A DNA stretch of 64,000 nt from an uncultured Acidobacteriota bacterium (GTDB lineage Bacteria; Acidobacteriota; Thermoanaerobaculia; Multivoradales; SZUA-115). This document shows, in pieces, positions 18,242-27,342 of this stretch. Numbering within the stretch: position 1 is the first letter of the stretch; each line of letters begins with the position of its first letter. The position numbers and the translations under genes are program-made. Below the pieces are notes generated by a model. That model did no database searches. It had not been told where the DNA came from and worked only from the letters and a program-made list of their open reading frames with translations. The DNA lies in NCBI GenBank assembly GCA_963805975.1, contig CAWDVR010000001.1, positions 832,001 through 896,000 on the forward strand. The letters run 5' to 3'.

Positions 18242-18363
18242 CCCCTCACCCCGGCCCTCTCCCCGCTGTCTCGGGGCGAGGGTGCCACCGCCCGGCCCCG
18301 GAGGTCCGATCCGTTGGTCTGATCCCCTCTCCCCGCGTGCGGGGAGAGGGACAGGGTGAGGGG
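18242..18363. repeat. Inverted pair of REP-like palindromes (CCCTCACCC..CCCTCTCCC...GGGAGAGGG type)
   Basis: CCCCTCACCCCGGCCCTCTCCCCG..CGGGGCGAGGG and the inverted copy CCCCTCTCCCCGCGTGCGGGGAGAGGGACAGGGTGAGGGG. Confidence 0.7.
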
Positions 18364-18381
18364 CCTTAGAATCCAGGCATC

Positions 18382-19296
18382 ATGGGAGGAGCAAAGGTAC
18401 GACCTCTGCTTGCCTGCAGCCTGCTGTGGGCCGCCCTCGCCGGCTGCGGCCACCGGGAGCAGGCTCTGAGCAGCCCCCAGGCCCTTGGCCAGTACGCCGA
18501 GCTCCTGCTGCGCTTCCATCACCCGCGTGCCGGATGCAAGGCGCTGGCCGGCGGTGAGGCCCTGGAATGTGGCGAGATGACGCTCGGTCTCGGCAATTTG
18601 TACCGCCACCTGAAGGAAGCGGAGGCCGATCGCGCCGAGATCGACCGCCGGTTGCTCGCCGAGTACGAGGAGGCGCGACGCCGCGCCGCGGCGGAGAAGG
18701 GAATGGCGCCCGGCTCGACCCCGAGCTGGGACCAGGCGCGGGCGCGGCTGCGGCCCCAGCTCGTGCCGGCCGAGTATGGCGCGCAGAATCCGGGCCTGCT
18801 GCGCCGCGCTTTCCTGCCCGGCGTGGAACTCGCCTATGCCGTGGACCAGCCGGAGCGCTATACCCTCTTGCTCGTTCCCCAGGCCGCCTCGTGGGGCGTG
18901 GACGCCGGGGAGGTCCACGCCGTGGCGCTCGCCAACCTCGAGGCCTTGTCCGACCCGCGGGCGCTCGCGGTCACCCTGCCCACCGATCCCAACGCCCGGG
19001 GGCGATGGCTCTCGATCGACGCCTCGGACGGCTATGCCGCGGCCCGTCTGCTGGTGCCGGCACTGCGGCGGCGCATGGCCGAGCTACTGGGCGAGCCGTT
19101 CTTCGTCGGCGTGCCGAACCGCGACTTCCTGGTGGCGTGGTCCCGCGACCTCACCTTCCACGCCGCTTTCGTGGACCGCGTGCGGCAGGACTTCGCACGC
19201 AAGCACCACCCGCTCTCGCCCGAGGTGTTCGTGGCCACCGCGGCCGAGGTCCGGCCGGCGACCGCGGCCGACCTGCCGCCGGGACCGCCGTCATGA
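18382..19296 (+). CDS. Lipoprotein with DUF1444-like domain
   Basis: Lipobox LAGC; LRPQLVP, ALANL, DGYAAARLL, GVPNRDFL, LSPEVF. Confidence 0.6.
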   Translation: MGGAKVRPLLACSLLWAALAGCGHREQALSSPQALGQYAELLLRFHHPRAGCKALAGGEALECGEMTLGLGNLYRHLKEAEADRAEIDRRLLAEYEEARRRAAAEKGMAPGSTPSWDQARARLRPQLVPAEYGAQNPGLLRRAFLPGVELAYAVDQPERYTLLLVPQAASWGVDAGEVHAVALANLEALSDPRALAVTLPTDPNARGRWLSIDASDGYAAARLLVPALRRRMAELLGEPFFVGVPNRDFLVAWSRDLTFHAAFVDRVRQDFARKHHPLSPEVFVATAAEVRPATAADLPPGPPS

Positions 19297-19994
19297 GCCC
19301 CCCATCGGCGCCGCTCCTGCTCGCCCTCGACACCGGCTCGCCGCGGGTGAGCGTGGCGCTGGCGCGGGGCGGCCAGCTCCTCGCCGAGCGCTCGCTGGTC
19401 CAGGAGCGATCCTCGGCGGGGCTGCTGCCGGCGATCGAGGAGGTCCTCGCCGAGGCCGGCGCCACGCCGCGGGACCTGGGCGGCATCCTGGCGCTGCGCG
19501 GCCCCGGCAGCTTCACCGGCCTGCGGGTGGGTCTCGCGACCGCCTACGGCCTGCACCAGGCCTTGGGCGTGCCGGCCACCGGGCTCTCCACCCTGGCGGT
19601 GCTGGCCCACGCGGCCGGGGAGCAGCCGGGGAGGGTGGCGGGAGTGGTGGATGCGCTCCGCGGCGAGTGGTTCGTGCAGGAGCTGGCCGCTCTCGGGGCA
19701 GCGGGCGCTCCACCGGAGGCGCGCATTCTCCCCGCGTCCGCCCTCCTCGCGCTCGCCCCGGTCACGCTGGTGGGCTTCGGCATCGGTCGCGCCGTGGACG
19801 CCCTGGGGAGCGCCGCCCAGGGCCTGCGGACGCTCGAGCCGCCGCCGCTCGCCGCCGTGGCCCTCGCCTTCGCTGCGGCGGGCACGGTCGAGTGGGACGC
19901 GAGCCTGCTGACCCGGCCCCTCTACCTGCGGGCCCCGGCCGTGACGCCCCCGGCGAGCAGAGTCCCGGCGACCAGGGCCACGGCGGCAGGATGA
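19293..19994 (+). CDS. tsaB: tRNA threonylcarbamoyladenosine biosynthesis protein TsaB
   Basis: LLALDTG, GPGSFTGLRVGLA, DALRGE, PLYLR. Confidence 0.93.
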   Translation: MSPPSAPLLLALDTGSPRVSVALARGGQLLAERSLVQERSSAGLLPAIEEVLAEAGATPRDLGGILALRGPGSFTGLRVGLATAYGLHQALGVPATGLSTLAVLAHAAGEQPGRVAGVVDALRGEWFVQELAALGAAGAPPEARILPASALLALAPVTLVGFGIGRAVDALGSAAQGLRTLEPPPLAAVALAFAAAGTVEWDASLLTRPLYLRAPAVTPPASRVPATRATAAG

Positions 19995-20428
19995 GCGCCG
20001 GGTCCGGCGTTCGGCAGGCCGAGCTCGGAGACCTCGGGGCGATCGTCGAGATCGAGCGCCTCTCGCTCCCGGACCCGTGGGGCGAGGCGGCTTGGCGCGC
20101 CGAGGTCGAGCACGCGGGCTCCCTGGTCCTGGCCGCGGGAGAGCCTCTCCAGGGCTATGCCGGGTTCCGGCAGGGGCCCGGCGAGGCCGAGCTGCTGCGC
20201 ATTGCCGTCCACCCGCGGGCGCGCCGGGGAGGCGTCGCCACCGCCCTGCTCGAGCAGGGCCTCGCCGACCTGCGCGCCGCGGACGCCGCGACCTGCCATC
20301 TCGAAGTGCGCGCCGACAACGGCCCGGCCCTCGCCTTCTACCGCCGGCACGGCTTCGCCGAGGTGGGCAGGCGGCGGCGCTATTACGCAGGCGGTGCGGA
20401 CGCTCTGCTGCTCTCCCGGACCCTCTGA
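19991..20428 (+). CDS. rimI: Ribosomal-protein-alanine N-acetyltransferase (GNAT)
   Basis: ELLRIAVHP..RRGGVA, LEVRADNGPALAFY, GRRRRYY; ATGA overlap with tsaB. Confidence 0.88.
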   Translation: MSAGSGVRQAELGDLGAIVEIERLSLPDPWGEAAWRAEVEHAGSLVLAAGEPLQGYAGFRQGPGEAELLRIAVHPRARRGGVATALLEQGLADLRAADAATCHLEVRADNGPALAFYRRHGFAEVGRRRRYYAGGADALLLSRTL

Positions 20429-20453
20429 GCCCCGCGGCTATACTGCCGCCGCC

Positions 20454-23069
20454 ATGCCGGCCCCAGCCAGCCTCACGCCCATGCTCCGGCACTACCTGGA
20501 GGTCAAGGCGGAGCACCCGGACGCCATCCTGTTCTACCGCATGGGCGACTTCTTCGAGCTCTTCTTCGACGACGCCGTCCAGGCGGCGCCGATCCTCGAG
20601 GTGACGCTCACCGCCCGCCAGAAGGGCACCGAGAGCGAAGCGCCGATGTGCGGCGTGCCCTTCCACGCCGTCGAGAGCTACATCGCCAAGCTGCTCGACG
20701 CCGGCCTGCGCGTGGCGCTCTGCGACCAGGTGGAGGACGCGGCCCAGGCCAAGGGCCTGGTCAAGCGCGAGGTGACGCGCATCCTGACCCCCGGCACGGT
20801 CTCGGACCCGGCGCTCCTCGACGGCAAGGAGGAGAACCTCCTCGCCGCCCTCGCCTGGCAGGGCGAGGCGGGCGCCGGCGCGTTCCTCGACGTCTCGACG
20901 GCGAGCTTCTTCGGCCGGCGCTGGGCGTCGCCCGAGCAGGCGGTCGAGGACCTCGAGGTGCTGCGCCCGCGCGAGGTGCTCTACGCGCCCGGCACCCTGG
21001 CGCCGGCGATCGAGCGCTGGATCGAGCGCCGTGGCGTCTGCGCGACGCCGGTCGCGGGCGACCGGCTGCTCGACCCTCGCCGCGCCGCCGATCTGCTCTC
21101 CCGGCAGCTCGGCGCCGCGAGCCTGCGCGGCTTCGGCCTCGAGGACGGCGAGCCCGCCGTGCTCGCCGCCGCCACTGCTCTCGCCTACGCCCGCGAGACC
21201 CAGCTCCGCGAGCTCTCGCACCTCAAGACTTTCGCCATGCAGGCGCCGAAGGACGCCCTGGCGCTCGACCCCACGACCCTCGCCAACCTCGAAGTGTTCC
21301 GCTCGCTGCGCGAGGGCGGGCGCAAGGGCACGCTGCTCTCGGTGCTCGACCGCACGGCGACGCCCCCCGGCGGGCGGCTCCTCAAGGCCTGGTTGCGCCG
21401 GCCGCTCACCGAGCCGGCGGCGATCGGCGAGCGCCACGACGCGGTGGGGGAGCTGGCCGGCAACGGGCCGCGCCGCGAGCGCCTGCGCGAGCTGCTGGCC
21501 CGCATGGGCGACCCCGAGCGGCTGCTCGCCCGGGCGGTGCTCGGCACGCTGGCGCCGCGCGAGGCCGCGGCCCTGCGCGACACCCTGGCCCGGGTGCCGG
21601 AGCTCCTGGCCGAGCTCTCGCTGTCGACGGCGCCGCTCCTCGTCGACCTCGCCCGGACCGATCCCCTGGCGACGCTGGCCGCCGACCTCGCCCGCATGCT
21701 CGAGCCGGAGCCGGCGGCGAGCCTCAAGGACGGCGGCGTGATCGCCACCGGCGTCGACGAGGAGCTGGACCGCGTGCGCTCGCTCGGCAAGGACAGCAAG
21801 CGCCACATCCTCGCCCTCGAAGCGCGGGAGAAAGAACGCACCGGCATCCCCTCGCTCAAGATCCGCTACAACCGGGTCTTCGGCTACTACCTGGAGATCA
21901 CGCACGCGCACCAGCACCGGGTGCCGGCGGACTACATCCGCAAGCAGACCCTGGTCAACGCCGAGCGCTACGTGACGCCGGAGGTCAAAGAGCTCGAGGA
22001 GCAGATCCTCTCCGCCGAGGAGCGGCAGGTGGCGCTCGAGGAGACGCACTACGCCCGCCTCCAGCAGGCCATCGCCGCCGGGGGGGCCGGCCTCGCCGCG
22101 CTGGCGCGGGCGATCGCCACCGTGGACGTGCTCGCCGCCTTCGCGGAGGTCGCCGTCCGGCAGCGCTACGTGCGGCCGAAGCTGGGCGCGATGGGGGAGC
22201 CGATCGTGATCCGCGACGGCCGGCACCCGGTGGTCGAGCTGGCGAGCCAGGAGGCCTTCGTGCCCAACGACACCGAGCTCGACGCCGAGCGCGCGCAGGT
22301 GGTGCTCCTCACCGGGCCGAACATGGGCGGCAAGTCCACCTACCTGCGGCAGGTGGCGCTCCTGGTGCTGATGGCGCAGGCGGGGAGCTTCGTGCCGGCG
22401 GCGGAGGCGGCGATCGGCGTGGTGGACCGCATCTTCACCCGCGTGGGCGCGAGCGACGACCTGGCGCGCGGCGAGTCGACCTTCATGGTGGAGATGATCG
22501 AGACCGCCAACATCCTGCACCACGCGACGGACAAGAGCCTGGTGATCCTGGACGAGGTGGGCCGCGGCACGGCGACCTTCGACGGCCTTTCGATCGCCTG
22601 GGCGATCGTCGAGCACCTGCACGAGGAGCGGCGGCCGAAGACCCTCTTCGCCACCCACTACCACGAGCTGACCGAGCTCTCGACCATCCTGCCGCGGGTG
22701 GTGAATCGCAAGATGGCGGTCAAGGAGTGGGAGGAGCGCATCATCTTCCTGCGCCGCGTGGTGGCGGGCAGCGCCGACAAGTCCTATGGCCTGCACGTGG
22801 CGCGGCTGGCCGGCCTGCCGGCGCGGGTGATCGCCCGCGCCGGCGAGGTGCTCGCCAACCTCGAGGCCCAGGAGTACGACTTCACCGGCAAGCCGCGGTT
22901 GGCGCGCGGCTCGGTGCCGGCCAGCAGCATCGTCGCCGCGGACCAGCTCACGCTCTTCACGCCCCCCGACCAGGTGGTCGCCGAGATCCTGCGCAACACC
23001 CAGGTCGACGCGCTGACGCCGCTCGCCGCGCTCAACCTCCTCGCGAGCCTCAAGTCGAGGCTGGGGTGA
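20454..23069 (+). CDS. mutS: DNA mismatch repair protein MutS
   Basis: TPMLRHY, FYRMGDFFELFFDDA, TGPNMGGKSTYLRQ, STFMVEM, DEVGRGT, FATHYHEL. Confidence 0.97.
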   Translation: MPAPASLTPMLRHYLEVKAEHPDAILFYRMGDFFELFFDDAVQAAPILEVTLTARQKGTESEAPMCGVPFHAVESYIAKLLDAGLRVALCDQVEDAAQAKGLVKREVTRILTPGTVSDPALLDGKEENLLAALAWQGEAGAGAFLDVSTASFFGRRWASPEQAVEDLEVLRPREVLYAPGTLAPAIERWIERRGVCATPVAGDRLLDPRRAADLLSRQLGAASLRGFGLEDGEPAVLAAATALAYARETQLRELSHLKTFAMQAPKDALALDPTTLANLEVFRSLREGGRKGTLLSVLDRTATPPGGRLLKAWLRRPLTEPAAIGERHDAVGELAGNGPRRERLRELLARMGDPERLLARAVLGTLAPREAAALRDTLARVPELLAELSLSTAPLLVDLARTDPLATLAADLARMLEPEPAASLKDGGVIATGVDEELDRVRSLGKDSKRHILALEAREKERTGIPSLKIRYNRVFGYYLEITHAHQHRVPADYIRKQTLVNAERYVTPEVKELEEQILSAEERQVALEETHYARLQQAIAAGGAGLAALARAIATVDVLAAFAEVAVRQRYVRPKLGAMGEPIVIRDGRHPVVELASQEAFVPNDTELDAERAQVVLLTGPNMGGKSTYLRQVALLVLMAQAGSFVPAAEAAIGVVDRIFTRVGASDDLARGESTFMVEMIETANILHHATDKSLVILDEVGRGTATFDGLSIAWAIVEHLHEERRPKTLFATHYHELTELSTILPRVVNRKMAVKEWEERIIFLRRVVAGSADKSYGLHVARLAGLPARVIARAGEVLANLEAQEYDFTGKPRLARGSVPASSIVAADQLTLFTPPDQVVAEILRNTQVDALTPLAALNLLASLKSRLG

Positions 23070-24382
23070 AGGGCGGCGCCTTCCTCGCCGTCGGCCTGCC
23101 GGGCAAGGTGCTGGAACCGGAGAACGCTCGGCTCCTCACCCGGCTCGAGCCCGGCGGCGTCATCCTGCTGCCGCGCAACATCGAGGACGCCGGCCAGCTC
23201 GGGGAGCTCACGGCGTCGGTCCGCCGTGTGGTACCCGAAACGCTCCTCTACCTCGACGCCGAGGGGGGGAGGGTGGACCGCCTGCGCAACGTCCTGGGCC
23301 CGGCGCCCGGCGGCGACGTGCTGGCGAGGAACCCTCCTCGCCTGGCGGCGCGCGCCGGCCGTTGGGTGGGCGCCGGCCTGCGGTGCTTCGGCTTCGACGT
23401 GGATCTCGCCCCGGTGGTGGATCTCGATCACGGCCTGGAGAGCAATGCCCTGGACCGGCGATACCTGGGAAGGGCGCCGCGCGGCGTGACCGCGCGGGCG
23501 CGGTCTTTCCTCGCCGGCCTGCACGCCGCGGGAGTGAGCGGCTGCCTCAAGCACTTTCCCGGCCTGGGCCGGGCCGGCGAGGACACCCACGACCAAGGGA
23601 CGGTGATCGCGGCGAGCGAAGCGGCCCTGGCGCTGGACCTCGAGCCCTTCCGCCGGCTGGCGGGGGAGGCGGGAGCGGTGATGGTCAACCACGCCGCCTA
23701 CCCTGCGATCGACCCCTCCGGCCTGCCGGCCAGCCTGTCGCGGGAGATCGTCTGGCACCTTCTGCGGCGCCGCACCGGCTTCCGCGGCCTCGCGCTCTCG
23801 GACGACCTCGACATGCACGCCCTCGACCCCTGGGGGAACGCCGCCGAGCGCGCCGAGGCCAGCTTCGCGGCCGGCTGCGACGTGGTCTTCCTCTGCCAGT
23901 CCCCGGACGCCGCGCTGGAGGCGGCCCGCCGGCTCGGCCGTCCCGGGCTCGAGGCGCGCCGCGAGGAGGCGACGCGCCGGCTCGCGGCCTACCGGCGGCG
24001 GCTTGCGAGGTTGCGAAAGGCGGCCAGGCGGCGACGACCCGGAAGAAGTCATCCGCCGCCTGGCTTCCTTGCAGTAGCTCAGTGCCCCGAAGTCCTGGAC
24101 CCACTCGGTTCCGGCCCGTTGAAGTCCACCCAGGCGGTACCCACGTCGTACCCCCAGTCGAGCACCCCGGAGGTGTACGAAGGCCCGAAATCCGTACCCG
24201 CCGAGACCATGCACTCGAGGCGGCTCGACACGAAGTTCTCGTCCCCCACCCGCCGGCAGAAGTCCGCCCGGTGGTCGCCGTCGAAGTCCGTCCAGGCAAA
24301 CCCTTCAGGCCGCCCCCACTCGCGCACCTCACCCCTGGCGTTGGTCGTGCCCTCAGCGAAACCTCCGCCGGTTGACAAGTAG
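23066..24382 (+). CDS. nagZ: Beta-N-acetylhexosaminidase (GH3) with anomalous C-terminal extension
   Basis: GTGA overlap with mutS; DAEGGRVDRL, DLAPVVD, KHFPGLG..DTH, LSDDLDM; last ~100 codons overlap the opposite-strand gene. Confidence 0.88.
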   Translation: MKGGAFLAVGLPGKVLEPENARLLTRLEPGGVILLPRNIEDAGQLGELTASVRRVVPETLLYLDAEGGRVDRLRNVLGPAPGGDVLARNPPRLAARAGRWVGAGLRCFGFDVDLAPVVDLDHGLESNALDRRYLGRAPRGVTARARSFLAGLHAAGVSGCLKHFPGLGRAGEDTHDQGTVIAASEAALALDLEPFRRLAGEAGAVMVNHAAYPAIDPSGLPASLSREIVWHLLRRRTGFRGLALSDDLDMHALDPWGNAAERAEASFAAGCDVVFLCQSPDAALEAARRLGRPGLEARREEATRRLAAYRRRLARLRKAARRRRPGRSHPPPGFLAVAQCPEVLDPLGSGPLKSTQAVPTSYPQSSTPEVYEGPKSVPAETMHSRRLDTKFSSPTRRQKSARWSPSKSVQANPSGRPHSRTSPLALVVPSAKPPPVDK

Positions 24383-25395
24383 CAGACGACGAGCCGTACT
24401 CCTTGCCCAATCGGCGTGCAGTAGTCCGCCCGGCCATCGGCGTTCTGATCGGCCCATGCGCCCGGAAAGTACGTGGGATTGGGTTCGATCACCCCGGAGG
24501 TGAAGGTGAGTCCGAAACCCGTGCCGGTCGAGAGGGTGCACGTTGCCCACGTCAATTGATCGCTCGAGACACTGTCCCGCCGGCAGTAGTCCGCTCGGCC
24601 GTCGGCATTGAAGTCCACCCAGCCGAAACCGATGTCGTATCCCCAGTCGATCACGTCGGAGTAGTAGCTGGGTCCGAAGCCCGTGCCCGTCGAGACCGTG
24701 CACGCGACGTAGCTCGACACATAGTTCTCATCCCCCACGCGCCGGCAGTAGTCGGCTCGGCCGTCGGCATTGAAGTCCGCCCAGCCGACACCCACGTCGT
24801 ATCCCCACTCGATCACGTCGGAGTAGTAGGTAGGTCCGAAGCCCGTGCCCGTCGAGACCGTGCACGCGACATAGCTCGACACGAAGTTCTCGTCCCCCAC
24901 TCGGCGGCAGTAGTCCGCCCGCCCATCGACATTGAAGTCCACCCAGGCGACGCCCACGTCCAGTCCCCAGTCGATCACGTCGGAATAGTAGGTGGGCCCG
25001 AAGCCCGTGCCCTTCGAGACCGTGCATGCGACATAGCTCGACACGAAGTTCTCGTCCCCCACGCGCCGGCAGTAGTCCGCCCGGCGGTCGCCGTCGAAGT
25101 CCACCCAGGCGACGCCCACGTCTTGTCCCCAGTCGATCACGTCGGAGTAGTAGGTCAGTCCGAAGCCCGTGCCCTTCGAGACCGTGCACGCGATATGGCT
25201 CGACACGAAGTTCTCGTCCCCCACCCGCCGGCAGTAGTCCGCCCTGCTGACGAGGCCCGGCTGTGCATTGGCTGCTTGCGGCGGTGCAATACCGAAGGCG
25301 AGCAGCGCTCCGAAAGCCGCGGCAGCGGCGCGAAGGATGCGTTGGCGCAGGCTGCTCCCCAGCTCGTGCGCCCCATCATGGCTCTTGATCAACAT
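24079..25395 (-). CDS. Secreted FG-GAP/VCBS-like 7-repeat beta-propeller protein
   Basis: AAAGGAG SD before ATG 25395; signal peptide; seven ~54-aa repeats RADYC...C...WxDFxxDG. Confidence 0.85.
   Translation of the reverse strand: MLIKSHDGAHELGSSLRQRILRAAAAAFGALLAFGIAPPQAANAQPGLVSRADYCRRVGDENFVSSHIACTVSKGTGFGLTYYSDVIDWGQDVGVAWVDFDGDRRADYCRRVGDENFVSSYVACTVSKGTGFGPTYYSDVIDWGLDVGVAWVDFNVDGRADYCRRVGDENFVSSYVACTVSTGTGFGPTYYSDVIEWGYDVGVGWADFNADGRADYCRRVGDENYVSSYVACTVSTGTGFGPSYYSDVIDWGYDIGFGWVDFNADGRADYCRRDSVSSDQLTWATCTLSTGTGFGLTFTSGVIEPNPTYFPGAWADQNADGRADYCTPIGQGVRLVVCYLSTGGGFAEGTTNARGEVREWGRPEGFAWTDFDGDHRADFCRRVGDENFVSSRLECMVSAGTDFGPSYTSGVLDWGYDVGTAWVDFNGPEPSGSRTSGH
24115..25245 (-). repeat. Intragenic tandem repeat, unit about 162 bp, 7 copies (first four near-identical)
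   Basis: Recurring TCGACACGAAGTTCTCGTCCCCCAC and CCCCAGTCGATCACGTCGGA at 162-bp spacing. Confidence 0.9.
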
Positions 25396-25751
25396 GGGCT
25401 TCTCCTTTCCACAGCGTCGCAGTTGTTTGTTCTGCCCAGAGGGCACTCGTGCGGGCTCGGATCACTCTCGAGCCTTGATGAGCAACTGCCGGCAGCGGGC
25501 GCTCTATCTCACTTGGGAGCAGCCCCGGCGCTGCTCGGGGGACTCACCCTCAACACCGAGTGCACCGGATTGAGCGGCGCGCGGCGCGCTCTGTAACGAG
25601 CCGCCGCGGGTAGCGCCCAATTCGATCGTTCGACCAGCTCCCTCGAAAACGCACGGCAGAGGCCGGCGCTTTCCTGGGAGCGCGGCAACGCCAGTCTCAA
25701 ACCGGCCGCGCCCCGGCCCCGGGGCCAGCGGCGTCCGAAGGAGGTTCTTCT

Positions 25752-26318
25752 ATGTCTGGTCGAGGACAGGTTGCAGCGTCTCTCTTGGCCCTCGCCGCCC
25801 TTGCGCTGCCGGCGAGCGCTTCGACGTTCCTCGCTCTCTCCCACCAGGAGCTGGCCGCAGAGGCCGGTGCGGTGGTGGAGGCGCGGGTGATCGCCGTGCG
25901 GTCGTTCTGGAACGCGGAGCGCACTGTGATCGTGACCGAGGCGCGGCTGGCCGTGGACGACGTGGTGGCCGGCGACGCGGCGCGGGATCTGGTGGTGCGC
26001 ACCTTCGGCGGCACGGTGGCCGGCTACACCATCCAGGCGCACGGTTTCCCGACTTTCCGCACCGGCGAGCGCCAGCTTCTCTACCTGGTGCAGGAGCCGA
26101 AAGACGGCAGCGTCCGCGTGCTCGGCTACCAGCAGGGCCAGTACCGGATCGTGACCGGCGACGACGGCGTCGAGAAGGCGGTCCCGGCGGTGGGAGAGGG
26201 CGCCCGCTTCGTCACCCGCGACGGCCGGCCCGCTCCGGCCGCCGAGGTCGTGTCGCTCGCAGAGCTCAAACAACAGATCCGCGACGGCGCTCGAGGTGTC
26301 GAGCGCCCGGCGGCCTAA
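25752..26318 (+). CDS. Secreted hypothetical protein (propeptide-like partner of matrixin)
   Basis: GGAGG SD; signal ending ASA; STFLALSHQEL, FGGTVAGY, GFPTFRTGE. Confidence 0.75.
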   Translation: MSGRGQVAASLLALAALALPASASTFLALSHQELAAEAGAVVEARVIAVRSFWNAERTVIVTEARLAVDDVVAGDAARDLVVRTFGGTVAGYTIQAHGFPTFRTGERQLLYLVQEPKDGSVRVLGYQQGQYRIVTGDDGVEKAVPAVGEGARFVTRDGRPAPAAEVVSLAELKQQIRDGARGVERPAA

Positions 26319-26341
26319 GCCCCGCGGCAAGGAAGGAACCG

Positions 26342-27304
26342 ATGATGACTACGAACGCGCTCCTGCGCTCCTCCCTGGCGGCGGTGCTCGGCTTCGTCCT
26401 GGCAGCCGGCGCCTCGGCCTACGTGCTCCTGTCCCCGGCCCGCACCTGGAACGGCCCTCCCAACTACATCGTGGACAGCGGCGGCCTGGCATCCGTCCTC
26501 GACGGCAACGGTGGGCTGACTCGCACCCTCAACGCCATCACCAGCTCGGCAGCTTGGAACGGCGCCGGCTCGGCGACCGTGCTCACCGCCAGCTCCGGCT
26601 CGACCGCCGGCATCGCGCTCGGCGACGGCGTCCCCATGCTGCGCTTCAGCGACCCGTTCGCGGCCTGCACCGGCACCTGTCTCGCCGCCACCTTCACCGG
26701 CTACTACAGCCTGCGCGGCGGCACCTCCTACCAGATCGACGACGCGGACATCGTCACCAACTCGACGGGCTACAACTGGACCTCGCAGGGGGAGGACCCG
26801 GGCGGCGTGGGCTGCGCGAGCGAGATCTACGTCGAGGGTGTGATGGTGCACGAGGTCGGCCACGCGCTCGGCCTCGGCCACACCGGGGTCGCCGGCGCCA
26901 CCATGGCGTCCTCGGTGTCCTACTGCAACAACAACCCGGCGACCACCGAGGCCGACGACGAGAGCGGTCTCGTGGCCCTCTACGGCAGCGCGCCCTGCAC
27001 CGGCTGCGCGGTGTACACCAACTACCTCTCCGGTACCGGCGTGACCCACTACGAGCCGCTCAACACCTACTATTTCAGCGCCGCCGCGGGCACCCACCAG
27101 GGCTTCCTGGTCGGTCCCGCGGGCACCGACTTCGACCTCTATCTCTGGAAGTGGAACGGTTCGGCGTGGGCTGTGGTGGCGAGCGCCACCACAGCCTCGT
27201 CGACCGAGACCATCAGCTACGCCGGCACCTCGGGCTACTACCTGTTCGGCGCCTACTCCTACAGCGGCGCCGGCCAGTATCACTTCTGGCTCAAGAAGCC
27301 GTAG
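26342..27304 (+). CDS. Matrixin-family (metzincin) zinc metalloprotease with C-terminal PPC-like domain
   Basis: HEVGHALGLGH, Met-turn ATM, GTDFDLYLWKW. Confidence 0.9.
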   Translation: MMTTNALLRSSLAAVLGFVLAAGASAYVLLSPARTWNGPPNYIVDSGGLASVLDGNGGLTRTLNAITSSAAWNGAGSATVLTASSGSTAGIALGDGVPMLRFSDPFAACTGTCLAATFTGYYSLRGGTSYQIDDADIVTNSTGYNWTSQGEDPGGVGCASEIYVEGVMVHEVGHALGLGHTGVAGATMASSVSYCNNNPATTEADDESGLVALYGSAPCTGCAVYTNYLSGTGVTHYEPLNTYYFSAAAGTHQGFLVGPAGTDFDLYLWKWNGSAWAVVASATTASSTETISYAGTSGYYLFGAYSYSGAGQYHFWLKKP

Positions 27305-27311
27305 GCCGTCC

Positions 27312-27336
27312 GCGGCGGGTACGCGGTACCCGCCGC
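27312..27336. terminator. Hairpin between convergent genes
   Basis: GCGGCGGGTAC-GCG-GTACCCGCCGC 11-bp stem directly after the matrixin stop. Confidence 0.5.
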
Positions 27337-27342
27337 TCTCCT

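Noticed and set aside
19032-24382. Two ORFs over 1200 aa (19032-22796 minus, 20648-24382 plus)
   Set aside because: High-GC antisense or off-frame shadows of mutS; only the 3' part from 23066 is nagZ.
24115-25245. Regularly spaced repeats as a possible CRISPR array or DGR template/variable repeat
   Set aside because: Whole 162-bp units repeat in frame with no unique spacers; no cas or reverse transcriptase gene in the window.
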